From the IMG/VR virus record IMGVR_UViG_3300030099_008323, positions 1 to 64,000 of that record: 64,000 nucleotides of DNA. One strand, 5' to 3'. The position numbers and the translations under genes are program-made. Numbering within the stretch: position 1 is the first letter of the stretch; every line of letters begins with the position of its first letter. The notes under the pieces are model-generated. The model saw only the letters and a list, made by a program, of their open reading frames with translations, was not told the DNA's origin and made no database searches. This DNA is from a virus. Below are positions 23,798-31,282 of this stretch, in pieces.

Positions 23798-24775
23798 TCA
23801 TCTATTGTCTAATGAGATTCTATTAAAGTCTTGGAACAACTCAATAAAGTTTATCTCCCCAAAGCCATCTTTCAGCATCATCTTCAATAACTCAGTTTTG
23901 TTAAATGATAAATCTGGGTCGCCTAAAGTCTCTTTTATTATATTTTTTGAGTTTATAGATAATGAAGGCGCATAAAGTTGCATCATCTTATAATTCCTGC
24001 TAATCATATCTTTTGACTCCAAGATCTTAGTGTAAAGCTTAAGCTGCTTCTCCTCAAGCATTTCTTCACAGTGAGCATAGATATCTGTTGTTGTTGCTGC
24101 ATCTATATTCTTTAAGAAGGGAAATCTGTTAGCTACAACCTTGAGGCCGGCTCCGGGGACGCCTTCGATATTGTCAGATTTATCACCAACAATGGCGCGC
24201 GCTAAGGCAAAATTATTAGGGTGTATTTTAAATTTATCCACAATGGAATTTTCATTTAAGATCTCTTTTTGAATTGGGCGGTATTGAACCGTCTTAGAAT
24301 TCAAAAGTTGAAAAAAATCTTTATCACTGGATATAATTAATTTTTCATAATCCTCAAACGCCTTAAACTGCGATATATACGCAATGATATCATCCGCCTC
24401 GGTTGAATCAAACATAAATTGAATAACGGGCATTTGATTAAAGTATTCGATTAGTCTAGATTGCTGCCAAAATTTATTCTCCATCTCTTGCTCGGGAGAC
24501 ATGTTTCTGACTGCTCGGTTAAGTCTGATTGGCTTACGGCCAGCTTTGTAGTCTTTTTTGAGCTTCTTGCGTTTTGCAGATCCTCCAGCACCATCCCAGC
24601 AAATTATAATTAAGTCAACTGGTTTTGCTTCCCTGCAAATTTTTTGTATGCTCTGGATACAACCTTTAAGGGCACCGATTGGTGCACCATTAAGTGATAA
24701 GCTGGGATTAACAATATAGTTTCGAAAAAATAAATTTAGCTGATCAATAATCAGCACCCTCTTCTTAGCATGCAT
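23798..24775 (-). CDS. 5'-3' exonuclease / flap endonuclease (Pol I N-terminal domain, T4 RNase H-like)
   Basis: IIDQLNLFFR, EADDII, SSDKDFFQL, GDKSDNIEGVPGAG. Confidence 0.93.
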   Translation of the reverse strand: MHAKKRVLIIDQLNLFFRNYIVNPSLSLNGAPIGALKGCIQSIQKICREAKPVDLIIICWDGAGGSAKRKKLKKDYKAGRKPIRLNRAVRNMSPEQEMENKFWQQSRLIEYFNQMPVIQFMFDSTEADDIIAYISQFKAFEDYEKLIISSDKDFFQLLNSKTVQYRPIQKEILNENSIVDKFKIHPNNFALARAIVGDKSDNIEGVPGAGLKVVANRFPFLKNIDAATTTDIYAHCEEMLEEKQLKLYTKILESKDMISRNYKMMQLYAPSLSINSKNIIKETLGDPDLSFNKTELLKMMLKDGFGEINFIELFQDFNRISLDNR

Positions 24776-24814
24776 TAAATACCTTCTTGTAAATTATTTC
24801 TCTCTGGCGCCGAA

Positions 24815-25171
24815 TCAATTAGCTTCCGGCCTGTAGATTCTGCTAACAACTTTATTCCATCTCACCGGAATAAAAGAAAACACACCATCTATTTTCCTAG
24901 CATCATTTGACATCCTGGCTAGATGCTGCTTGATTGAGCCAGGATGCACCTTAAAAAACTTAACTTTTAAAATAGTGCGCTCTGCAGTTGAGCTAACAGA
25001 TTTTGCTGGGCCGGCGACTGTAACAACTGTAATTCCGCATACACCACGTAAGTTATCTGTTACTTTGGTGATATTTTTATCTCTATGGGAGCGTAGTACA
25101 ACATCAGCTTCCCATAGTATTTCTTGAAAAGCTTCTTTCACTAGGCTTTTTAATTTATTTTTCATGCTCAT
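24815..25171 (-). CDS. hypothetical protein, probably late-expressed
   Basis: AGGAGG RBS; ACTACTTA motif at 25185-25192. Confidence 0.7.
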   Translation of the reverse strand: MSMKNKLKSLVKEAFQEILWEADVVLRSHRDKNITKVTDNLRGVCGITVVTVAGPAKSVSSTAERTILKVKFFKVHPGSIKQHLARMSNDARKIDGVFSFIPVRWNKVVSRIYRPEAN

Positions 25172-25184
25172 CCTCCTAACAGAA

Positions 25185-25192
25185 TAAGTAGT
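25185..25192 (-). promoter_or_regulatory. candidate late-promoter motif ACTACTTA
   Basis: Intergenic, just upstream of the RBS of 24815..25171. Confidence 0.5.
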
Positions 25193-25241
25193 TTAAAGTT
25201 TGTACATTTTTATACTACCTTCATTAGTAATTTATTAAGCA

Positions 25242-26354
25242 CTACTCTTCCTGATCAATATCATAGAAATCTTCCGCTTTACCTTGCTTGCTTTCAAAAC
25301 GCATAATCACTTCCTCATCCATGATTTGAAGAATCCGATTTCTAAATTTTTCACCCTGAAGCTTTTCTTTCCATTTGGATGCTTGGAACTTTTCACTAGA
25401 GCCATCTTCATGAATTAAATTATACCAGGCGCCAGCTTGTTTAAGATTGTCAGATCCTTTCACGGCCTCAAACCAACTTTCTTCATCTTGGATTCCTACT
25501 TCACTACCCCATAGAATTTTAAAAGTACACTGACGCCCTTCTGTACCAAACCTACTTTTGTTAAGAGTTACTTTAACTTCTGACCCAACTCTATATCCAT
25601 TGTCATCAATGATATATGAAGCTTTTGCTTTTCTTTTGGTTAGCCAGATTCGCAATGAGTATGCATAGTGCATCGCTTTGCCACCGGGGGTAACATAAGG
25701 AGTGGTCATAGCCTCTGCAATATTGCTAGTGATATTTGTTTTAAGCTGGTTAAGCACCAAAAAAGTAGATTTAGAAGCAGCAATAGGGACTGTTAGTTTT
25801 GACATGCCCTTTGCAAGGATCCTAGGTTTGACTGCCATTGATGATTGAGGGTTAAAATCACCCTCAACGTCACTAATAGAAGGAGTTAGGGCTAGACTAT
25901 CCCAAATAAAAAGCATTTTATTTTCATGCGACCCAAGAAGCTCTTCTATTGTTTCTAGCACATATTCAACGCTTGGTGGATTTAAATACAATAAGTTATG
26001 AATATTGCATCCAGCGCTCTCCAAAAATTCAGAGGAGATAGCAGCTTCTGCATCAAAATATACAACATCGATGCCCATTTTTTGAGCATTGGCAGCAATC
26101 TGTGCAGCCATATAAGATTTGCCTGATCCCTCTAATCCGGCAATTTCAACAATTTTTCCTGTTGGGATCCCAGCTAGTTGGCCTCTGCATATCATGCTAT
26201 CTAACCAGCGAGATCCGGTTGGGATCCACTCCGTTACATCTGTTGGATTATCTTTTGATAGGTCAAAAGCAACTTGAATGCCTGCCTTCTTGTTGATGAG
26301 ACTTCGCATCTCATCTATACTTAATCTTCCCAATTTTTTTTGTTTTTTAGCCAT
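25242..26354 (-). CDS. recA: RecA/UvsX recombinase
   Basis: IPTGSRWLD, EIAGLEGSGKS, WDSLA, NQLK, PGGKAMHYAYSLRI. Confidence 0.95.
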   Translation of the reverse strand: MAKKQKKLGRLSIDEMRSLINKKAGIQVAFDLSKDNPTDVTEWIPTGSRWLDSMICRGQLAGIPTGKIVEIAGLEGSGKSYMAAQIAANAQKMGIDVVYFDAEAAISSEFLESAGCNIHNLLYLNPPSVEYVLETIEELLGSHENKMLFIWDSLALTPSISDVEGDFNPQSSMAVKPRILAKGMSKLTVPIAASKSTFLVLNQLKTNITSNIAEAMTTPYVTPGGKAMHYAYSLRIWLTKRKAKASYIIDDNGYRVGSEVKVTLNKSRFGTEGRQCTFKILWGSEVGIQDEESWFEAVKGSDNLKQAGAWYNLIHEDGSSEKFQASKWKEKLQGEKFRNRILQIMDEEVIMRFESKQGKAEDFYDIDQEE

Positions 26355-26623
26355 GTTATTTCCTTTGCTGCTGGTATCTCCATAGTTACGTCTGGGTCTT
26401 GCAACTCATACATAACTGGTGTATATGTATTATAATCACGATTTAGCTGATCAGCTAATGAAATAAGCACAGGCTCTATTTTTTTTATTTGCCTTGTTAC
26501 CTCTAATCGGTCTTGCTGGAGTTCAGATTTTATGCGTAACAATCTATTCTCCAGTATGGCACCAGCAGCTAAGCCTAAACAAAACAAAGATATCGCGACA
26601 CCAGTGAAAAGTAAAGATTCCAT
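26321..26623 (-). CDS. membrane-anchored hypothetical protein
   Basis: N-terminal hydrophobic helix followed by coiled coil. Confidence 0.65.
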   Translation of the reverse strand: MESLLFTGVAISLFCLGLAAGAILENRLLRIKSELQQDRLEVTRQIKKIEPVLISLADQLNRDYNTYTPVMYELQDPDVTMEIPAAKEITWLKNKKNWED

Positions 26624-26656
26624 AGCTACTAGTAACTAGTGTGCTATTTCTAAATT

Positions 26657-26688
26657 AAGACACCTGTAGACCCGTGCCTTCCTGCGGT
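26657..26688 (-). repeat. structured element copy B (ACCGCAGG + 7-bp stem + GGGTCTACAG loop)
   Basis: AAGGCAC/GTGTCTT stem; homologous to 27019-27050. Confidence 0.75.
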
Positions 26689-26697
26689 ATTATCTGA

Positions 26698-26994
26698 CTA
26701 GTTGTCAGTAACACCAGTAGAAGTGTTGTTGGTATTACTGTTGCCAGTAGTGCCTTCAACATTTGTTGTGGTGTTGGTTGTTGTACTATTGGTATTGTTA
26801 GTATTAGTCGTTGTACCTGTTGTAGTTCCAGTGTTGGTGGTTGTATTAACAGGCGTAGTTGTAACATTGCCAGTAGTAGTGGTAGCATTACCAGTTGTAT
26901 TAACAGTATTTGCACCATCATTATTTGTAGGTGTGCAACCTACAAGCAAAGCACCCGTAGCCATAACAGCCAAAATTCTCTTCATTAAAATCAT
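26698..26994 (-). CDS. Thr/Asn-rich low-complexity lipoprotein
   Basis: Lipobox LVG-C followed by T/N/G repeats. Confidence 0.75.
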   Translation of the reverse strand: MILMKRILAVMATGALLVGCTPTNNDGANTVNTTGNATTTTGNVTTTPVNTTTNTGTTTGTTTNTNNTNSTTTNTTTNVEGTTGNSNTNNTSTGVTDN

Positions 26995-27018
26995 AGTAAA
27001 TTCCTTATATAAAAAAAT

Positions 27019-27050
27019 GAGGCCTCTGTAAACCCAGGCCTCCCTGCGGT
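27019..27050 (-). terminator. structured element copy A, terminator-like after ssb
   Basis: ACCGCAGG-GAGGCCT-GGGTTTACAG-AGGCCTC followed by ATTTTTTT. Confidence 0.75.
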
Positions 27051-27056
27051 GGAGGA

Positions 27057-27806
27057 CTATGTTCCTAAAAGCTCCGTAAAGGCACGGTCAACCTGGCTAC
27101 TAACCTTGTTGCCCTCATACTTAACGGTCTCAGATGACATTTCTTCAGCGTCTTCCTCGGACAATAGATATTCATCTAGCATAGACTGCACTTGTTGTGG
27201 CGACTTGCGCTCAAAAACCTCATCAAAGTCAGGGATTGATTCCAAATAAGTATTAATTGTGTCGTTTGATTTTGACAACGGAGATGATTTTCTCCTAGGA
27301 ATAATTGTAGTTTGCGGAAATTGCGCGCCTGCAGGCTTACCATAGTTAATCGTAAGGTCTGTGCCTTCTTTAACATCAGTGATATCTCCATATTCTGGAT
27401 TTAAAACTAAATTGAGAAGCTCTTTATATGCAGTCTTTCCAAAGCCCCACAGGCGTACGCCTTTATCTTCTTCGCCTCGGACAACAACTGGCGCAAAGAA
27501 TCGCTGACGAGCAGATAAGTTCTTAGCCATGCGGACTGAATCATCTGAGCCGTCCTTATAAAGTTGACGGATAAAATCATTCAGCGGATCATCTTCGCCA
27601 AAATTTTTCTTTGGGCTCAGAAAGCCTGGGTTCTTCCCCAAATTATAATGGAACCAATATTCTTTAAATGGATCGCCATCAGAGGTTGGTACGATTCGAA
27701 TCGTTTGTTCGCCATCCTCTGGTTTCCAGAAGACGCTTTTGTTACTCCCGCCACGATTCTCTAGCGCTTCGCGCTTTGCTCTCATTTTTTCTAAATCTAA
27801 AGCCAT
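27057..27806 (-). CDS. gp32: single-stranded DNA-binding protein (T4 gp32-like)
   Basis: FWKP...IRIVP, PFKEYWFHY, RFFAPVVVRGEED, WGFGK, GDITDVKEGTDL; acidic C-terminus. Confidence 0.85.
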   Translation of the reverse strand: MALDLEKMRAKREALENRGGSNKSVFWKPEDGEQTIRIVPTSDGDPFKEYWFHYNLGKNPGFLSPKKNFGEDDPLNDFIRQLYKDGSDDSVRMAKNLSARQRFFAPVVVRGEEDKGVRLWGFGKTAYKELLNLVLNPEYGDITDVKEGTDLTINYGKPAGAQFPQTTIIPRRKSSPLSKSNDTINTYLESIPDFDEVFERKSPQQVQSMLDEYLLSEEDAEEMSSETVKYEGNKVSSQVDRAFTELLGT

Positions 27807-27878
27807 TTTCTTCTCCTTTTTTTGCTATAAGCTATAGTACAGTCAGCTAATGTCCTGACTGGCTTGATTTACACACAC

Positions 27879-27906
27879 ATAATAAAAACTTATTTTTGAG
27901 TGTAAA
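27879..27906 (-). promoter_or_regulatory. sigma70-like promoter TTTACA-N16-TATTAT for ssb
   Basis: Intergenic between the tubulin-like gene and ssb. Confidence 0.65.
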
Positions 27907-27912
27907 TAAAAA

Positions 27913-28740
27913 TTAAACATATTCCTGTATAAAAGATGCACAGTGCTCAGAATAAACGTAATTTATATCATATGAGGTAGAATATATTGAAAAACCAGAA
28001 TCTATATTATCATCTGCTTTATTTTGTATAAAACACCTTATATCATGAAGAGCATCTTTATCGCTTTCTACCCTATTAGAGCTTAAGCCAAAAAAATATT
28101 TCCGCGCTCTTGGATATTGCAAATCATATAATAACTTTTCTTTCTTTGTTTCATAATTAACAACCCCTAAAGTGCGTATATTTGAAGTAACGCCGGCCTG
28201 CGGCATACTGTTGAGAAGCGGCTCAGTATTCTTGAAAACATTAATCATATGGTAAGTGCTAGATATGACATTATTCATATCTTGCCAATAATTCTGTAAA
28301 GATACGCTCTCTAAAATATCCTCAACATTTTTATTGCATACCACGTACATCATGTCAAGTGCTGCAGATCTAACATATTGTTGTAGAATCCCATAAGTTG
28401 CTCTCTCATAGAGGCGTTTTTCGCCGGCTAGCTCACCATTATCAGGTTTTATATATAAAATAGTGACACTTCTATCTTTCATCTGTTCTAGAAGTCTTAG
28501 CGCGCATCCACTTATTTTGCTAGCGCCTGAAAGTATAAGAGTTATGTCACCTTTACATTTACGCAGGTTAAGGTTTTTATAATTTTTTTCATAATCTTCA
28601 TGTGTCTCTTGATTGGCGATATGAATAAAGTTGCTATATCCCTTATCTTCAGAGGCGATTGAAAATATCTTGTATTGTGCATAATTACTAAAACTGTTAG
28701 CTAGTGCGCTACCTGCATCACCTAATCCTATTATGTTCAC
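27913..28740 (-). CDS. divergent tubulin/FtsZ/PhuZ-like protein
   Basis: NIIGLGDAGSALA (T1), SGASKISG at the GGGTGxG position, LYIKP, VVCNKNV, DMNNVI. Confidence 0.65.
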   Translation of the reverse strand: MNIIGLGDAGSALANSFSNYAQYKIFSIASEDKGYSNFIHIANQETHEDYEKNYKNLNLRKCKGDITLILSGASKISGCALRLLEQMKDRSVTILYIKPDNGELAGEKRLYERATYGILQQYVRSAALDMMYVVCNKNVEDILESVSLQNYWQDMNNVISSTYHMINVFKNTEPLLNSMPQAGVTSNIRTLGVVNYETKKEKLLYDLQYPRARKYFFGLSSNRVESDKDALHDIRCFIQNKADDNIDSGFSIYSTSYDINYVYSEHCASFIQEYV

Positions 28741-29915
28741 CTTAACCTCTTCATACTTCCATAATCTAAGCCAATGCTAATATTAGTCTTAAATTTTCCT
28801 AACTTAGTAGTTGAAAAAATATCTACCGCCTTAGTGATTATATCTTTATCTTCTTTGGCTAAGTCTAATATTAAACTATCGTGAACGCAAAAAGAAACAA
28901 AAGATCTCCTGCCCTTTAAAAATTTATCTACCTTTATCATCGATGTTAAAAATAAATCACTAGCAGTGCTTTGAATTAAATAATTCAAGGCTTTGGATTG
29001 GTCAACTTGTATTTGTCTATTATAAGGCGTTTTTACATGCCCGTTAACATAATATTTTTTTAAAGCTAACTCGCGGTTGAACCTATCATTTAGTTTTTTG
29101 TTAGATGCCTTTGGATTATATAGCCATGCAAATACTTTCTTTTTAGTCTGCTCTCTGGAATATTTATCAGAAAAGACGTCTTTTGCTATCCATGAGTGTA
29201 AATCATTTTTTGGCTGTAGTTCACCGACTAAGCCCAAGAATGCGCGTAGCTCAGCTGAGTTGTAATCCAGCTCAAGCAACAAATCATTTTTCGGCTTAAT
29301 GGCGCTGCGTAACTCACGATTTAAAGTTAATATTGGGAAGCTGTTTGCTTTTGTTGCCAATCGACCGGTAACTGTCTTCCAAGGGCAATATGATATATTC
29401 TTTGATGAGTTTTTTATTTTAGGGAAACTATTTCTAACCTTTGGGTTATAAAAATTAAGTTTATCATATTCCAAATTTAAACTTTGCTTGTTTATTTTCT
29501 TAAGCAAAATAATTAAATCTCGCATTAAATCATGGTTATCAGGCTTCTTATAGTTTAAAAAAACCCAATCAATTATTTGTTCACGAATGCTATAAAAATC
29601 AATTAAAAACTGTGCTGGTACTGTGTCGTAGAGGCAAATATCATCTAAATTTATCTTTGATATCTTGATAGACCTCATCATGGCCCGGGCTTTTTTATTA
29701 ATCTCGTCCCAATCATCCTTAATGTGATCAGGGCAAACCTGGCTTAAGCTTTTTCCAGCAGCCCAAACCTGAGCATATTGAATTTTGTCATGCATAAAAT
29801 TATTCGTGGGAGCCCATGTTCTAGTTAGGGTGTGCTGGTCATAATCTTGGATAACTTTGCCATTACAAAATATACCATGACATTCTTTTTTTGAATCTAG
29901 TGTTTGAAAAAGCAA
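28737..29915 (-). CDS. polA: minimal family A DNA polymerase (polymerase domain only)
   Basis: TVTGRL, motif A ELDYNSAELR, motif B REQTKKKVFAWLY, ALNYLIQSTASD, motif C VHDS. Confidence 0.85.
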   Translation of the reverse strand: MLFQTLDSKKECHGIFCNGKVIQDYDQHTLTRTWAPTNNFMHDKIQYAQVWAAGKSLSQVCPDHIKDDWDEINKKARAMMRSIKISKINLDDICLYDTVPAQFLIDFYSIREQIIDWVFLNYKKPDNHDLMRDLIILLKKINKQSLNLEYDKLNFYNPKVRNSFPKIKNSSKNISYCPWKTVTGRLATKANSFPILTLNRELRSAIKPKNDLLLELDYNSAELRAFLGLVGELQPKNDLHSWIAKDVFSDKYSREQTKKKVFAWLYNPKASNKKLNDRFNRELALKKYYVNGHVKTPYNRQIQVDQSKALNYLIQSTASDLFLTSMIKVDKFLKGRRSFVSFCVHDSLILDLAKEDKDIITKAVDIFSTTKLGKFKTNISIGLDYGSMKRLR

Positions 29916-29923
29916 TTTTACCT

Positions 29924-31270
29924 CTAAGTTGTTTTGCCTTTGGTGCCCGTTATGATTGTATCCCGTGAGTTTGTTGAATTAAAGGATACGCTCTCTTGTC
30001 GCAAGCGCTGGGTATAAATATCATCACCCACGCCATACCAATATTTTCCTCTTCTTAGAAACTTAGAAACCGGGGCGCCTTTAGTTAAATTATTAATGTA
30101 GTTTAAAGGTGCGTCATTGCCTAAATTTCTTTTGTGGTCAATCAACTCTTTAGATGCTATTCTGAAATACTTATCAATATTCTCATGGTCTGTTTCATAC
30201 ATCCTAGCCAACAACAAATATTTTGTAAAGTACTCATCATATTCTTGACTATCCAGATCCTCAAAAAAAGGAGGAGGTGCTTTATCTTTCCTTGTTAGCG
30301 TAATTTTTTTAGTTCGGCAGTCGGCGCCGGATGCTGGACGGTTATATTCTAATCTTTCATAAGTTCTATTTGATAGGTAATAAGCAGTGTAAAATTTTAA
30401 AAGCAGATCTTTTAGATTATATAGATCCTCCATGTGTGTCTTTGTGTAACAAAAATTAAATATACTATCAAAATCTAAACCATAAGAGGAGAGATATTTC
30501 TTGCCTCCTCTATGATCATCACCTGGACTAGCTGGAGTTGTATTATTCGGGTCACCGAGACCTGAGGCAATATTGAACACTAGCCTCCATGGCGCATTGA
30601 TATCCACCATAAAACCAAACTTTCTAGATTCTGTCCTAATAAAACCAAAATTAGGGTCTGTCACATATTCTGTTATTTGCTTGTTGTTCTGTACCCCATG
30701 GGATCCCGGGGCTATCTCAATCATCAAGCCACTAACATAAGGTGGGCAGTGTTGAGACAACACATAGCCGGTCTTGGTGATTGGAAAATAATATGCATTT
30801 TCTGAGAAATATTTCATAAAAGATGAGCAAAAGGCTCTAAAGTCAATAATTTTCTCATGTTTCCTATCCTTCTTAAGATAAGAGTTTGTGAACTCATCGT
30901 ATAACTTATTCTTATAGTGATGATAATTATACTCAATATCCCCTTGTTTGTAAGCTTTTTTAACAAGAATATCACTACTGTAAACACTTGAAGCGTCAAG
31001 ATCTTGTGTATAAACTCTGGCTCTATAGTAGTTACGAAAATCTTGAAATGCATCAGAAACAAAATTTAAAGCAAGGTTAGTACTCTTGCCTCCGGATCTG
31101 GTGGCTTTAAGATTTGTCTCCTCAACTATTACTGCATCACCCGATCGGTCTATCTTACCATACAGAAAATGTTTTCTATGCAAATCAAAATACTTGACGG
31201 CCGGAGAATAAGGGAAGAAATCATTTAATTTTTTTTTGCTATCAAATATAGACTCGACAAGACCTGCCAT
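29924..31270 (-). CDS. hypothetical protein (448 aa) at the end of the baseplate operon
   Basis: Long ORF with AGGAGG RBS; no motif recognised. Confidence 0.75.
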   Translation of the reverse strand: MAGLVESIFDSKKKLNDFFPYSPAVKYFDLHRKHFLYGKIDRSGDAVIVEETNLKATRSGGKSTNLALNFVSDAFQDFRNYYRARVYTQDLDASSVYSSDILVKKAYKQGDIEYNYHHYKNKLYDEFTNSYLKKDRKHEKIIDFRAFCSSFMKYFSENAYYFPITKTGYVLSQHCPPYVSGLMIEIAPGSHGVQNNKQITEYVTDPNFGFIRTESRKFGFMVDINAPWRLVFNIASGLGDPNNTTPASPGDDHRGGKKYLSSYGLDFDSIFNFCYTKTHMEDLYNLKDLLLKFYTAYYLSNRTYERLEYNRPASGADCRTKKITLTRKDKAPPPFFEDLDSQEYDEYFTKYLLLARMYETDHENIDKYFRIASKELIDHKRNLGNDAPLNYINNLTKGAPVSKFLRRGKYWYGVGDDIYTQRLRQESVSFNSTNSRDTIITGTKGKTT

Positions 31271-31282
31271 TTGTTTTCCTCC

